Sequence record: PP993145.1
Direction: 5' to 3' (one strand)
Source of the DNA: Escherichia phage phiP4
Length of the DNA stretch: 64,000 bases
Shown here: positions 1-11,406 of the stretch, in pieces
How positions within the stretch are numbered: position 1 is the stretch's first letter
Layout: each line of letters begins with the position of its first letter
Position numbers and translations under genes: made by a program
Notes under the pieces: generated by a model
The model's input: only the letters and a program-made list of their open reading frames with translations
What the model was told of the DNA's origin: nothing
The model's database searches: none

Positions 1-1522
1 TTAGGATGCACTGTAATATGCCACCAGACACCTGATTTGCATCGGAAGTTCTTACAAGATTAAGAGCGTAGAATTGTGGAGTACTTGTCCAATCATACGA
101 TTGAAAAATCTTCCACTCGGTCCAATCCCAGCCAGTTGTCGAGGATTGCTTGATGTATTGGCGCATATAGAATGAACCATTAATGGAGTTGTATGGAAAA
201 TACAACTGGGTAGCCCCCTGCGGACCATTAGCGTTATTCTGCATTACAAGTAGTGCACCAGCACTATTTACAGGAAAATGACTTGCTGATGTAGCGCCGG
301 TATTGGCACCTTGATGATAAAAACCTGCTCTAGTACCATCAAGCATGTTAAGGTCCATACCGCCAAGATCTGCTTTTTGGTCCCTCATTGCATTAAGATT
401 GGTTAACGCAGAATTATAGTCACGTGCGCCAGTACCGCCCTGCTCTATTGCTAATGGCTTCCAATTTTGATCAGCTGGACTGTAATATCCCCATCTTCCG
501 CTAGCATCAAGCTGTAAATAACACCCTGTGCTTTTATCGTCAGATGAAAATATAACTGTTCTTTCGCCGGAGCTATGACTGAATCTCGAAACCTCATCTT
601 TTCTTGCGTGTCGAGTCCATTGTGGGCCTGTGCCTGTGCTCCAACGGTAAGTATAAAGCGATCTTGAGGCCCATCCTTGAAATATACCTGTATACCCAGG
701 TGTTCCATCCATCCGACTAATAAAACCAGTAAGGTTACTTTCACCTGATGCAATAGAAGGAAAACCTGTAGCATTTGAGGGGATGGATATAAAGCCAGTA
801 TAATTGGATGGCTCGCCGGAAATATCAGTGCAATAACGTGGGGATGATCCCAGGCCGATAGAAGCTTTCATACCAGAAGCTACACTTTCGGCTTTAGTAG
901 CTGAGGCGGCCGCATTAGTTTCCGAAGTTTTAGCATTAGTTTCTGATACTTTAGCAGCACTAGCACTGTTAGCAGCAGCAGTTTTACTACTATTAGCGTT
1001 AGTTTCAGAGGTTTTAGCGGCAGAAGCAGATGCAGCAGCATTAGTTTCTGAGGTTTTTGCTGCGGAAGCAGATGCAGCAGCAGCAGTTTTGCTACTATTA
1101 GCATTGGTCTCAGAAGTTTTAGCCGCTGTTTCACTAGCTTTTGCGTTAGTTTCTGAAGTTTTTGCAGCCGTCTCACTAGCTTTTGCATTAGTCTCAGAAG
1201 TCTTAGCAGCTTTAGCGCTATTAGCAGAAGCAGTAGCAGAAGAAGCAGACTGAGTTGCAGATTGCTGGGAAGATGCTGCGGAAATTTCTGCTTCATTCTC
1301 GGAATCTTTAGCGTTTAGCTCTGACTGTTTAGCATTAATCTCTGATTGTTTAGCTGCTGCAGCAGAAGCTTTAGAGGATTCTATAGCAGTAGTTAGTTCT
1401 CCTGCCGTAATAGAGCTAATAGAATTAGAAAGCACAACTGTATACTTAGGATATTTGCTTGCAGTTATGCTATTCTGGTCCATGGTGACCATTTGCTGTA
1501 AAATTATTTTAGTTATAGCCAT
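1..1522 (-). CDS. ltf: L-shaped lateral tail fibre protein pb1, N-terminal ~507 codons; ORF continues beyond the left edge of the window
   Basis: ATG at 1522 in a TAATG overlap with the p132 stop. The frame stays open to nt 2 in my hand translation ([30 protein letters not shown]..., then AKTSETNA-type repeats), matching my memory of T5 pb1. Absent from the ORF track because there is no in-window stop. Confidence 0.8.
   Translation of the reverse strand, partial: MAITKIILQQMVTMDQNSITASKYPKYTVVLSNSISSITAGELTTAIESSKASAAAAKQSEINAKQSELNAKDSENEAEISAASSQQSATQSASSATASANSAKAAKTSETNAKASETAAKTSETNAKASETAAKTSETNANSSKTAAAASASAAKTSETNAAASASAAKTSETNANSSKTAAANSASAAKVSETNAKTSETNAAASATKAESVASGMKASIGLGSSPRYCTDISGEPSNYTGFISIPSNATGFPSIASGESNLTGFISRMDGTPGYTGIFQGWASRSLYTYRWSTGTGPQWTRHARKDEVSRFSHSSGERTVIFSSDDKSTGCYLQLDASGRWGYYSPADQNWKPLAIEQGGTGARDYNSALTNLNAMRDQKADLGGMDLNMLDGTRAGFYHQGANTGATSASHFPVNSAGALLVMQNNANGPQGATQLYFPYNSINGSFYMRQYIKQSSTTGWDWTEWKIFQSYDWTSTPQFYALNLVRTSDANQVSGGILQCIL
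930..1260 (-). repeat. In-frame tandem Ala/Ser/Thr-rich repeats (AKTSETNAKASETAAKTSETNA...) within ltf
   Basis: Repeated gtttc(a/t)ga(a/g)gtttt(a/t)gc units are visible on the plus strand. They also create the spurious Leu-rich ORF 880..1296 in another frame. Confidence 0.7.
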
Positions 1523-1944
1523 TATTGAGTTACCCCATCACTAATATAAACCTTGCCTTCCATAATGCGGAAAGAACTAGTAGCACTACCAACAGCTGTT
1601 CTAGTAATAATTACATCATAGTATCCAGCCAACCTTTGTCTAGGGTTATATCTATCTCTTTCTTTAGATGCTTTGGAAGCAATAGTAGTTACGGCATTAA
1701 CAGGTAGACTTATAGATGCTACTCCTTGATTCGCATCAATAATAGATGTAGTAAAGGATGCTAAAGTTTCAGCTCCATCTTCTAAGCTACTTTTAATACT
1801 TCCTCTAAGAGAGAAGCCAGTAAGATCTACTGGCTTAGATGTAGCAGGATAAACACTATCATCTACATCCATAAATTGCATAAGTAAACCATAAGGTACG
1901 TTCTCATCTACTACTAAATCAATAACTCTATTTTCTGTACTCAT
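1522..1944 (-). CDS. Collar / tail-fibre attachment protein p132-like (140 aa)
   Basis: 140 aa ORF lying between pb4 and ltf, as in T5. Size and synteny match T5 p132. Confidence 0.7.
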   Translation of the reverse strand: MSTENRVIDLVVDENVPYGLLMQFMDVDDSVYPATSKPVDLTGFSLRGSIKSSLEDGAETLASFTTSIIDANQGVASISLPVNAVTTIASKASKERDRYNPRQRLAGYYDVIITRTAVGSATSSFRIMEGKVYISDGVTQ

Positions 1945-1948
1945 TATT

Positions 1949-4069
1949 TTACCTTATATGGATATACCCGTTTTGCAGGTCTATCTTCATTTTGTAAGAT
2001 CCCTCTGGATTAGAGGATAGTGCTGCTGCACGATCATATATAATATTTACACCAATTTGTGATAAGAAAGCATTATTAGCAACAATTTTACTAGCAGTTA
2101 CCGTACCATTAACTATCATATCACCATGTAAAACCATTGCAGGGCTAGCCCATGCTGAACCATTCCACTGCCTAGTAAACGCTGTTCCTGGTGCCCCACT
2201 TTTATACTCGGTTAATACATCATATTTAACAGGACCAGTACCAAAGTTAGATGTAAAAAACGAATTAGCCTGAGAATCATTCCATGCGGTTAAATTTGCA
2301 ATAGCAAGAGAATACATTCCGGGACCACGTTGTCCATCTGCTCCTGGCCGCCCATCAGCACCTGGTTTTCCATCAGCACCTGGTCTACCATCAGCACCTG
2401 GTCTACCATCAACACCTTCAGTACCACTCCATTGAACTACATCTGACCAACTGGTTCCAGATACTAATTGATTAGTAACAGGGTCCAGAGTACCAGTAGA
2501 GCAGTAAATATTCTGAGTATTAGATGTTCTATTCGGGGGAGTTTTAGACCAACCAGAAGGTGGATATGCAGGGCTTGTTGGTTTAGCAGGTAATGAAGTA
2601 TCTAGAATATAAATAAATACTGTTTGTTTACCTTGTATACCTGTCTCTATATCGATGTCACCGTTAGGTGTGCCAATTACAACCCCACTAGAGATTCTTA
2701 ATGTATCACCATCATAACGAATGTACTGTGTAGCGTTACCAATGTCCAATTTTGGCTTTGCAGTAGCATTATCCATGCCCATCCAAATACCAGATTTTGT
2801 ATCTCCCCAAGTTTTACCCTGAGTATATATTGCTGGATTATCTTGACCAGTCAAATTAGTCATGACAAAGTTCGCAGCATTAATGGTTTTAGTTATTACA
2901 CTTCCATCAACGTTAACTATCTTTTTAATAGGGTCAAAAGATATTGGTGCTTTTCCTTCGGCATCTAGAAGACCTATATTAATAGCACCGGTGGCAGCGT
3001 CTATTAAAAAGGTTTGTTTCCAGGTAGATCCATCTTTAATCTTACCCTTAATATACGCGTAATTTACCTCTATACCAGTTTCGTTAACAAAACTATTATC
3101 TAATGGTGTACTTTCGTTTAGTATAAAGGTCTGTACTGTAGAATCAGTAATACTTTGAGCATCTGGTCCCCAGGCAATAGATGACACTTTAAATTTATGC
3201 TCTACTTTCCATGGGAATGATATAATTGTTGCAGACTGAGCAGCCCCTACGTTGATTTTTTGTGCCTTAGTCCATCCAGTTCTAGCAAATTCTGCTGAAT
3301 CTATATAAGATAGAACGAACTCACGAACGTTAGCACCTGTACCCCTATTCCAATCCCATTGTACACGTAAATCATAACGTTCTTTACCATCAGCTATACG
3401 TGCAGCTTTAAATACAACATTAATAGGGGCTGTAGGAGGTACAAAGTTATATCTAACTTCAAAGACAGTAGGATACTCATAGTATCCAGATGAATCAATA
3501 GTTACTCCATCTGGTAGAGATATTTGTCCAGAAATTCTTACCTTATAGGATCCGATTGGCACACCACCAAACATAATAGTTGGCATCAACGCACCAACGT
3601 AATATTTAACCCACGGATTATTAGCATTAGAATTATTTTTTAATTCTATAGTACAATAATCAGCTTCTCCTGTAGTATCTATATAAACTATTGGCGCTCC
3701 AACACCTACGTCTACAGGCTCTGATTCACATCTAGCACCTGTAATTCTAGGTGCTGACTTCATTTTAAAAGTTTGTTTGTCAGATAGATTAATACCTATC
3801 TGAGCATTAAGTAGTTCAGAGTCTATTATAGAATCATAAAATGCACCCTGAACTTCATAAGTTGTTGTAGGTTTTAGGTTATTAATAGTTACAGAGAAGG
3901 TATCAACTCCAGTAAAATCTCTACGAGTAACGTTGCTACCTTCTTTAAGCCAAAAAGACCTGCCTATAACGTCATAATCAGAATAGATAGAATGCTGGAT
4001 ATACGCCAACGTATATCCAGTTAAGACGCTATTTAGGACCATTTTAGCTGGTGCATTATTTGAAATCAT
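1949..4069 (-). CDS. Central straight-fibre protein pb4-like (706 aa) with collagen-like segment
   Basis: Position directly downstream of pb3 and size close to T5 pb4 (~690 aa as I recall). Contains [30 protein letters not shown]. Confidence 0.75.
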   Translation of the reverse strand: MISNNAPAKMVLNSVLTGYTLAYIQHSIYSDYDVIGRSFWLKEGSNVTRRDFTGVDTFSVTINNLKPTTTYEVQGAFYDSIIDSELLNAQIGINLSDKQTFKMKSAPRITGARCESEPVDVGVGAPIVYIDTTGEADYCTIELKNNSNANNPWVKYYVGALMPTIMFGGVPIGSYKVRISGQISLPDGVTIDSSGYYEYPTVFEVRYNFVPPTAPINVVFKAARIADGKERYDLRVQWDWNRGTGANVREFVLSYIDSAEFARTGWTKAQKINVGAAQSATIISFPWKVEHKFKVSSIAWGPDAQSITDSTVQTFILNESTPLDNSFVNETGIEVNYAYIKGKIKDGSTWKQTFLIDAATGAINIGLLDAEGKAPISFDPIKKIVNVDGSVITKTINAANFVMTNLTGQDNPAIYTQGKTWGDTKSGIWMGMDNATAKPKLDIGNATQYIRYDGDTLRISSGVVIGTPNGDIDIETGIQGKQTVFIYILDTSLPAKPTSPAYPPSGWSKTPPNRTSNTQNIYCSTGTLDPVTNQLVSGTSWSDVVQWSGTEGVDGRPGADGRPGADGKPGADGRPGADGQRGPGMYSLAIANLTAWNDSQANSFFTSNFGTGPVKYDVLTEYKSGAPGTAFTRQWNGSAWASPAMVLHGDMIVNGTVTASKIVANNAFLSQIGVNIIYDRAAALSSNPEGSYKMKIDLQNGYIHIR
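2320..2412 (-). repeat. Collagen-like G-X-Y repeat (about 10 triplets) encoded by 15-bp tandem units ccatcagcacctggt
   Basis: Four near-identical 15-bp units are seen on the plus strand. They translate to the GADG(R/K)P repeat. Confidence 0.8.
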
Positions 4070-6919
4070 TTAAATAGTAGCCCAACCAACAGATTGCTCA
4101 CCATTTTCCCCTTCTGCTCTAATCCTGAATCGTATTTTACGATTAATTCCTAAAGCACCAGAGTTTAATAGTGCAAAATCCGCCTTATTATATGTTAATA
4201 GATAGTCATAGGTATAGGCATCCTCTATCCTAATACTACGAAGCATTCTATCCTGAGAATCATGTATTTCTAGAGTATAATAAATTTCTGGAATTATTTC
4301 TTCTTCAGGTATTTTATCCCAAGCAAGTTTCACGTCCGGGCCCACAAATTCGGTTACATCTCCAGAAGCTGTATTAGTTACTCTGAAGTTACTAACTACA
4401 CTCAAGTTTCTAGCAGAGTTAAGATCCACGGAAAGAGTAACAGGAGAACTACGTCTACCGTTAATATCAACAGCACGTAATTCAAAAATAGCTAAACCAG
4501 CAGGCTCACCTATAATCTCCTGAACCATCCTTTCATTAGGATTATTCTCTAATTGCTGAATTATGTAAGGGTCTACATGACCTGAATGAGCTATAGAATA
4601 ATATACTACGTTATTAGTAAGACTAGGTAGCCAAGATAGTTCCCCATTTTTACCTATAGCACCTATCATACCGCCAGGAGTTGGTGTATACTTAAAGTCT
4701 CTAGGAGGAAGAACATTATTACTAATATCTGGAATATCATTACCACTATTATCTACTTGATCAGAGTTGATAAATACATCTTCACCATACTCTTGTAGTG
4801 TTAAATTAATCTTACCATCACGAGTATTTTCTACTTCATCTACTAAGAAGAACTTGTCTTTCCACCCATAACGCTCATAAGTAAAAGCAATCGGGTCATT
4901 TGGCTCTATACCAATAAATTTATATGGTACTGAGAAGCTAAGTGTACGTGAGTACCTGGACTTTTTAAGCTCTCTATCAGCGTAACTACGAGCGGTGTAG
5001 TAGTTAGTAATATTTGCAAAAGATAGCTGAAGTTTTTTATCCAAACCCTTATCTTGTTCTTTAAACTTAGAGTTATAGAATGTAATAGAGTTTGTTTTCC
5101 AACTTAGCGCAGGGTCTACTAGGGATGCTTGTACTGAGTTAAACTTATTTCTACCAGTAGTATCAGATAAGTCTAAGTCCCCATAAGTATCTAGAAAACT
5201 TATCTTCAAAGGAGTTGTAGAATGCTTCTCTACAGTTATTCTATACTCGCCAGATAAGTTATTTATAGCTCCGCCAAAAGAATCCAGTACTCCTTGAACA
5301 TTTTTAAATACTGATTCGGAGGTATCTAATATAGTATTTAACTGAACTACTTGGCGATGTTCAGAAATAGAATCACTCCAACCAACATATCTCCAATAGG
5401 GTTGCCAGCTAACCTGATAAGATTCATCAATTATATCTAGAATTTTTGCTTCTGATATAATCTTTTGTAGTGGGAACTGATCTAGAGTTATATTAGCTCC
5501 ATAACGTTCAGAGGTTAGATAGTCCATGAGCTGCCAGATACCATTAAGGCTGGTTTTATCTGCTTTAACAGACCCATCAGAGTTATATACTTTGACTTTC
5601 TTACCTTGTACTTCGGCACTAATTTCTGGAATTTCAGTTCTATTCTCGTTAATAGTAAATCTAACTACAGCATAGGCTGTGTCTAAGAGCTTATAACGAG
5701 AATCCCAGTATTCTGGACCGTTGCCATTTTGATTCTGTAAATAGAAACCTCTTCTTTTAGCAATATCTACTAGTACTTGAGCTGCTGTCTGGTCTGGTTT
5801 GCCATGAAAAGTCCATATTCTTATATCACCATTACCATCGTTATACTTGTACTCCTGGCCATGAACGGAGGGCTGAGAAGTACTTGTACCCGCAGCTAAT
5901 CTATGCATTGTATCGCCCACTAGTTTCTTACGGCCGAAGCAGGTTCTAGCATTGGAATCCGTTTCATCGAAACAGATCATTGGGCTATCACCAATATAGA
6001 AATCTAGAAATCCGTCAATTTCTCCTTCCGAAAACGCATAGACTACATACACTATATTAGGGTTATTTAGCTCAGTATCTGCAAAAATAGGGATACCAGG
6101 AATTTTCTGAACCCCATATACAACAGGTATGAATTTAGCAGCTAAGTTAAAGTCTAAATCAACTTCTTTAGTTACAGTCTCATAATACTTTTTAAGACTG
6201 TAACTTCTTGATAGCCCAAAAAGTTTCTTCTTGGACTGAAGTTTATAGCGTTCTTCTTTTACCTGATATTTAGCTAATATAGTAGTACTTTTATTAGAGT
6301 GGAAGAAACCATAGTCTTCTTGATATTCAGGACGTTTAGCACCATTTGAAGGCTGAAGAGTCCCATTAACAACTTCAAGACCTCGGTGAGAAGCATCATC
6401 AGTATAACGACCATTCACTCTATCAAAATCATAGAACTGGTTAGAACAGTTCCATGTTATAACAGAAGTTCCTATACCGGAAGTACTAACATTATCCTTT
6501 ATTCCTCCACCAGTAATTTTACCACGAAAGAATAGTAAAGGTCCATTAGTATCAGGATCTACAGGAAGAATATTACCTTCTTCATCAATTATAGCTTGAT
6601 GTATAGTGATAGTTCTATCTAAGAAAGATACTCCATTTTGAACTAGTTTTAATACTTCATCTTCTGCTGTACCAGTTATGGTAAAAGATAGGCTACCAAT
6701 AGATAGTTCACGGTTTTGTTTATGAGAGCCGATACTTTTTACTTTACCAGATCTATATAAGATTCCGTTATAAGTAACATCTCTAAAGTAGTCAGTTAAA
6801 TAAATATAAGTAGCAGCAGAGCCTGATGAACTAGGAAGCTCTAAAGCTATAAGACAAGCTGTTTTTAGCTTGTCATGAGTATTAAGATATGTTTTAGCAC
6901 TATCGAGTATCTGCTTCAT
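4070..6919 (-). CDS. Baseplate hub protein pb3-like (949 aa)
   Basis: Its 949 aa equals the length I recall for T5 pb3. Synteny is pb9-pb3-pb4, with an ATGA-type overlap with pb9. Confidence 0.85.
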   Translation of the reverse strand: MKQILDSAKTYLNTHDKLKTACLIALELPSSSGSAATYIYLTDYFRDVTYNGILYRSGKVKSIGSHKQNRELSIGSLSFTITGTAEDEVLKLVQNGVSFLDRTITIHQAIIDEEGNILPVDPDTNGPLLFFRGKITGGGIKDNVSTSGIGTSVITWNCSNQFYDFDRVNGRYTDDASHRGLEVVNGTLQPSNGAKRPEYQEDYGFFHSNKSTTILAKYQVKEERYKLQSKKKLFGLSRSYSLKKYYETVTKEVDLDFNLAAKFIPVVYGVQKIPGIPIFADTELNNPNIVYVVYAFSEGEIDGFLDFYIGDSPMICFDETDSNARTCFGRKKLVGDTMHRLAAGTSTSQPSVHGQEYKYNDGNGDIRIWTFHGKPDQTAAQVLVDIAKRRGFYLQNQNGNGPEYWDSRYKLLDTAYAVVRFTINENRTEIPEISAEVQGKKVKVYNSDGSVKADKTSLNGIWQLMDYLTSERYGANITLDQFPLQKIISEAKILDIIDESYQVSWQPYWRYVGWSDSISEHRQVVQLNTILDTSESVFKNVQGVLDSFGGAINNLSGEYRITVEKHSTTPLKISFLDTYGDLDLSDTTGRNKFNSVQASLVDPALSWKTNSITFYNSKFKEQDKGLDKKLQLSFANITNYYTARSYADRELKKSRYSRTLSFSVPYKFIGIEPNDPIAFTYERYGWKDKFFLVDEVENTRDGKINLTLQEYGEDVFINSDQVDNSGNDIPDISNNVLPPRDFKYTPTPGGMIGAIGKNGELSWLPSLTNNVVYYSIAHSGHVDPYIIQQLENNPNERMVQEIIGEPAGLAIFELRAVDINGRRSSPVTLSVDLNSARNLSVVSNFRVTNTASGDVTEFVGPDVKLAWDKIPEEEIIPEIYYTLEIHDSQDRMLRSIRIEDAYTYDYLLTYNKADFALLNSGALGINRKIRFRIRAEGENGEQSVGWATI

Positions 6920-7530
6920 AGACTTTCCCTCAAGGAAAGTGAAATACCAGAGTAAGTACCATTGTTATTTAATGTAGAACCAAAAGAATCAGCATTCATT
7001 AGCTTAGTTCTAAATAAGATACCATTAAAAACTGGTTTTTCACTACCCGTAGTAGTAATAAATAGGTCAGGGTATAAGGATAAGTTCCATACATTTCCTG
7101 AGCTAGTAAAATTTGTTATTTTATAGACTTTTGGGTGATTTGATAATTTAAATAGATCTCCAGCTTTTGGTAGTCCTGTCAAGGTTCCATTAGTATTTAG
7201 TATAATCTGAGAACCTTTCTGTCCTGCTGGTATAGTAACATTTTTAGTATCACCACGTACTCTAAATGCTTCATACTGAGGTAGAAGTACTTCTAGATAA
7301 TCTCCAGTTCTTTTATATTCTAAAATTTTAGAATCTAGGAACGCATATTCATCTGGGAAAAGTTCCGGGTATGATATATTAATTCCCCAGTATTGAGCAG
7401 ATATTTTAACCTCTTTGACTTTACCATTAGGTAATTCATCACGAATCATAGGGTCATTATCTACTACGTTGACGCTTTCAAAACCTAACCCTGGGTATTC
7501 TGGGTTCGTGTATGGATCTGGTAGTCTCAT
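6916..7530 (-). CDS. Distal tail protein (Dit) pb9-like (204 aa)
   Basis: 204 aa, the same as T5 pb9. It sits between the tape measure and hub genes. Confidence 0.8.
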   Translation of the reverse strand: MRLPDPYTNPEYPGLGFESVNVVDNDPMIRDELPNGKVKEVKISAQYWGINISYPELFPDEYAFLDSKILEYKRTGDYLEVLLPQYEAFRVRGDTKNVTIPAGQKGSQIILNTNGTLTGLPKAGDLFKLSNHPKVYKITNFTSSGNVWNLSLYPDLFITTTGSEKPVFNGILFRTKLMNADSFGSTLNNNGTYSGISLSLRESL

Positions 7531-7557
7531 AGTTAATTTCTCCTCTTTAATAACAAT

Positions 7558-7586
7558 ATTATAATAGTATTGGAAAATTTTATCAA
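7558..7586 (-). promoter_or_regulatory. Sigma70-type promoter upstream of pb9 gene (-35 TTGATA, 17 bp, -10 TATAAT)
   Basis: The reverse complement reads aaaaatttcTTGATAaaattttccaatactatTATAATattg, with an A/T-rich upstream tract. Confidence 0.55.
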
Positions 7587-7603
7587 GAAATTTTTATTTT
7601 TCC

Positions 7604-7632
7604 ATAAAGAAAAGGAGGACATAAAGTCCTCC
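7604..7632 (-). terminator. Rho-independent terminator after pb2
   Basis: Minus-strand hairpin GGAGGAC-TTTAT-GTCCTCC followed by TTTTCTTTAT. Confidence 0.7.
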
Positions 7633-7639
7633 TCCAATA

Positions 7640-10600
7640 TTACATATTACCAAGAGATTTAAGGGTGGATCCATTCTCGTTAAGAGCCAGTTCCACGGCA
7701 TCTCTTAAAGCAGTGCTGTTATTCGATGCAAAATCTCTAAAGCTAGCAGCATCCATTGTGCTAATATTCAGAATGATTGGTCTTCCAGAGGTAGTCTTTG
7801 ATCCATCGGAAAGCTGATCATTAGGTGTGGCTTTCATAGGAACCATAGGAGTTACTACTTCGGTACCGTGCTCACCCATTTGATAGCTAACTCCAGGGTA
7901 CATCATACCACCCTCAGCACGCGGAACAAATGAATTGGCATTACCAATACCCTTATCACCACGTAGGTAGGATAATTCTCCTGAACTAGCTTGCATAGAT
8001 ACATCAATGTTCTTCTGTCGCTCACCTAAAGTTAGGTACTGAGTAGTATCTGCTCCAGAATCTGCAATAGAAGACATACCAGATGCAGAAGATGCTTGAG
8101 CAAGAGCTAAGGCACCTGCCAAACCTGCCGCCACCATCAAAGGAATAGAGAACGGGTATGGTACAGCTGTTGCCGCTTGCATTACTGCTACTGCTGTCTG
8201 GATAATAATTTGTTTCTTAGCTGCATCTTGCTGAATTTTTAACTTTTCAGCTTCTAACTTTTTCAGTTTAGCTTTAGATGCTTCAGATTTACCATCTCGT
8301 TTCTGTTCTGCTGCAATAGCCTGGTCAATCGCACTAACCTGCTGACTAGCACTATACTGAATCACAGAAGATACAGCTTGCATACCTGCTGCGATCGTAG
8401 AAGTAGTATCTAAAGACCCCATGGAGAACTGAATCATAGCATTGGTTAAATTACCCATGCTTTGAGCCACAGCAGTTGCTTCGGAGTTTAGCTCAGATAA
8501 CTTAGAGATTGCCTGATCATAAGAAGCCATTCTATTTCCCATATCAGCAAAATCTTTGTCTTTTCCAGATAGTCCAGTTGTAGGAGTATACACAGCACCT
8601 AAAGAAGACCCAACAGAAGCTTGCATTTGAGCATTACGTTGTGCTGTTAAAGCCGATATCTGAGCCCTTGTCTTGGCTATTTCAGCATTCCAACGCATCT
8701 GCTCATTAGCATTACCCTTAGTAAGTTCCTTCATCTGAGTATAAAAGTCTAACTGCATTTCCATTTTTTGCATTTCCCCTGCCAGAGGGAACATGGAAGT
8801 TAGGGTATTTTCAAAGGCTTCTTGCCTTTTACTGGTCATTTCAGCTTGCTGGTCCTGACGGAATTTCCATATTTCACGTTCAATTTGGGCTTGAGAACGT
8901 CTAGACTGTTCAGCCTCTTTCTGTTTGTCCGCTTGTTTTGTATACCATTCGTACTTCTCTTTTTCAATGGTCAATTCAAGATTTAACTGCGCTAGACGAT
9001 ACTGAGTATCTGTCATAGTACGGTTATTTAAGAGAGCTATCTCACGATCTACACCAAGAATTTTATCTGTGTAATCCTTGACCTTCTTCTGAGCTTCCAT
9101 ACCCTGATTGGTAAGTTTAAGTTTCTCCAGCTGAATTTTTTCAATTTCTTTCTCAACAGCTTTATTTCCCTGGTTTGTTTGAAGAACACGGCGTAAAGCA
9201 GCTTCTTGCTCTTCTAACTGTTGGAGTTCTAAACGCCTACCGGCTTCCTGTGCCTTTTCTTTATCTTTAGTTTGGTTGTATACGTCAGCTATCTTCTGTT
9301 GAACTGCTAACTGGTTCTTAGTCTCATTACCAGTTAGTTTAACGTACTCAGATAAGGCCTGAGACGCAGTTTTCATTTCAGACAGAGTGTTAAACCCTAA
9401 GTTGAGACTTTTAACATACTCATCCGCACTCTTACCAGTTCCTGCGGAGAGAGATTCTACATTTCTAATTACCTCTTCAAAAGTTGCACTAGTTTTAGCA
9501 GCGGTATCTGTACTATTAGCTATATTTTGAAAGTCGTTAGCTAAATCACTAGACGTTTTCTTAGTTTGGTTATATGCTTTTTGTTGCTCTGTCAGACCCT
9601 TTAGAGCAGCAGAATTAAAATCATATACAGCATCTGGGTCATATACATCTTTCTGTAGATTAATCTGTTTCTGGAACTCCGGATTAGCCTTTGCAGCAGC
9701 AGCTCCTGCAGTTTGGAAGGCTGATTTCCAAGCAGTAAGATTCTCTGTAGAATCTTCTACTTCTTTATCTAATCTACTTACTTGTAGTCCCATAGCGGCA
9801 GTTTCTGCTACAAATTGTTTATTAGCTTCCGAAGCACCTGCTGCTGCAAGACCAACAGGAATACCTTCACCAACTTGACGTATAGCTAATTTTGTATAGA
9901 AATCTGCTTGTTCCATTCGTTTATCGAACTCAGATTTTAGCTTATTACGCTTATCAAGAGATTCCTTATACATATCTAGAGCTTTATTATAGCCTTCTTC
10001 AGAAGCAGCCAAACTTAAAGCAACAGCACCAACGTTGGTAGGGTCTATCTGTCTATTAGTTTTTTCTTGAGCTCTAGCTGCTTCAGCAGATACAGAAGCC
10101 TGAGAAGTATAAAATACTGTGTTGATAGCATCAATTACTGGTCCTAAGTACTTAGCAGCAGCTTGTTGTATTGTTCTTAGTGCAGCATCTGCGTTAGCAG
10201 CAAACTGCTCCCACGGAGTAGCACGTAAAACTTCATCTAAGTAACCAAAACGTTTAGTAGATTCTGCTATAACAGCATTAGCATACGCTTGCTGTTTCTG
10301 GAAGGTAGTAAGGCTATTAATATTATATGTTATACCTGTGTTTGCAGCATTTAACTGTTTAACGTAATCAGCATAAGCATCGTTAAGACGAATAGTAACA
10401 CCAAGTTCATCCAGAAGTTCGATTTCTTGTTTAGATACACCCTTAATTACACGGTTAAGTGCATCAGTCATATCAACACCAAGAACAGCAGCAGCACGAC
10501 GAGCTACTAAACCAAATTTATTAAGTTGTTCGGCATCAAATCCATAAGCGGACGCTGAAGATGCCTGTCTCATTGCTTCTTCAAAAGAAATAGCATATCC

Positions 10601-11323
10601 AGCAGCTTCTTGTAGTGATCTAGCAAGGGACTGAACAGGAGTACCTGTCTGAGTACCTACTATAACACCAAATTTTTCAAGACGATTTAACTGATCACCT
10701 AGTTTAAGTTGTTCGAATGCAGATTGCAAAACGAAGATGTTGGAAGCAATAGCAGCGTATAACAGTGGTAAACCGCCACCTACCTTAGCCATTGCCGCAA
10801 AATCACGAGTTGCACCACGTGCTGAACCAGAAGTATTACCAATGGCTCTAGAAGCTCTACCAGCGGCACCAGCAGTATCATTAAAACCTCTAGCTGTACC
10901 ACCTAAAACTCTATTGGTGTCATACAGCCTATCTTGAACTTTCTCTGTTGCAGCTGCAACATCATTACCCATTGCTTTAACAGATCTAGAAACTCCATCG
11001 AATCCAACTTCTAGTTTATCCGTTACTTCAATAAGCTGGATAGCCAGGTAATCTAGCTTATCACCAATACCATCAATGGATTTAGTGATACCAGCCATAC
11101 CCCTACTAGCTTGCATTTTAGTAAGACTTTTTGCTGCCCTATCCGCTGCCCTCTCAATGGAGTAAAGGGTTTTGGGCATTTTACCTAACTGCTCATTTGT
11201 CAGTTCGGAAGCAGCAGCAGCGTTTTCCAACGCATCAGATACGTTTTCAATAGACTTTGCAGTACGAGTTGCCCCCTTCTGCTTAACATCTATTAATAAT
11301 TCTCGTATTAGCTTATCAGTCAT
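7640..11323 (-). CDS. Tape measure protein pb2-like (1227 aa)
   Basis: Very long Ala/Gln/Glu/Lys-rich coiled-coil ORF with a hydrophobic segment near the C-terminus. Size is close to T5 pb2 (~1219 aa) and the position is upstream of Dit. Confidence 0.9.
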   Translation of the reverse strand: MTDKLIRELLIDVKQKGATRTAKSIENVSDALENAAAASELTNEQLGKMPKTLYSIERAADRAAKSLTKMQASRGMAGITKSIDGIGDKLDYLAIQLIEVTDKLEVGFDGVSRSVKAMGNDVAAATEKVQDRLYDTNRVLGGTARGFNDTAGAAGRASRAIGNTSGSARGATRDFAAMAKVGGGLPLLYAAIASNIFVLQSAFEQLKLGDQLNRLEKFGVIVGTQTGTPVQSLARSLQEAAGYAISFEEAMRQASSASAYGFDAEQLNKFGLVARRAAAVLGVDMTDALNRVIKGVSKQEIELLDELGVTIRLNDAYADYVKQLNAANTGITYNINSLTTFQKQQAYANAVIAESTKRFGYLDEVLRATPWEQFAANADAALRTIQQAAAKYLGPVIDAINTVFYTSQASVSAEAARAQEKTNRQIDPTNVGAVALSLAASEEGYNKALDMYKESLDKRNKLKSEFDKRMEQADFYTKLAIRQVGEGIPVGLAAAGASEANKQFVAETAAMGLQVSRLDKEVEDSTENLTAWKSAFQTAGAAAAKANPEFQKQINLQKDVYDPDAVYDFNSAALKGLTEQQKAYNQTKKTSSDLANDFQNIANSTDTAAKTSATFEEVIRNVESLSAGTGKSADEYVKSLNLGFNTLSEMKTASQALSEYVKLTGNETKNQLAVQQKIADVYNQTKDKEKAQEAGRRLELQQLEEQEAALRRVLQTNQGNKAVEKEIEKIQLEKLKLTNQGMEAQKKVKDYTDKILGVDREIALLNNRTMTDTQYRLAQLNLELTIEKEKYEWYTKQADKQKEAEQSRRSQAQIEREIWKFRQDQQAEMTSKRQEAFENTLTSMFPLAGEMQKMEMQLDFYTQMKELTKGNANEQMRWNAEIAKTRAQISALTAQRNAQMQASVGSSLGAVYTPTTGLSGKDKDFADMGNRMASYDQAISKLSELNSEATAVAQSMGNLTNAMIQFSMGSLDTTSTIAAGMQAVSSVIQYSASQQVSAIDQAIAAEQKRDGKSEASKAKLKKLEAEKLKIQQDAAKKQIIIQTAVAVMQAATAVPYPFSIPLMVAAGLAGALALAQASSASGMSSIADSGADTTQYLTLGERQKNIDVSMQASSGELSYLRGDKGIGNANSFVPRAEGGMMYPGVSYQMGEHGTEVVTPMVPMKATPNDQLSDGSKTTSGRPIILNISTMDAASFRDFASNNSTALRDAVELALNENGSTLKSLGNM

Positions 11324-11337
11324 GTTTTATTTTTCCC

Positions 11338-11371
11338 AATAAAAAAGGCTCTGGGCAAATCACCCAGAGCC
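11338..11371 (-). terminator. Rho-independent terminator between chaperone genes and pb2
   Basis: Minus-strand hairpin GGCTCTGGG-TGATTTG-CCCAGAGCC followed by TTTTTTATTGGG. Confidence 0.65.
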
Positions 11372-11406
11372 AAGCCTCATCGTGGAACGCCCATTGGAGG
11401 AAACTT

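Noticed and set aside
451-1296. ORFs 451..774 and 880..1296 (minus strand; Leu-rich 138-aa protein)
   Set aside because: Both are in the wrong frame of the ltf gene. The Leu-rich product is the off-frame reading of the AKTSETNA repeat. The real frame (ATG 1522) is open through the whole interval.
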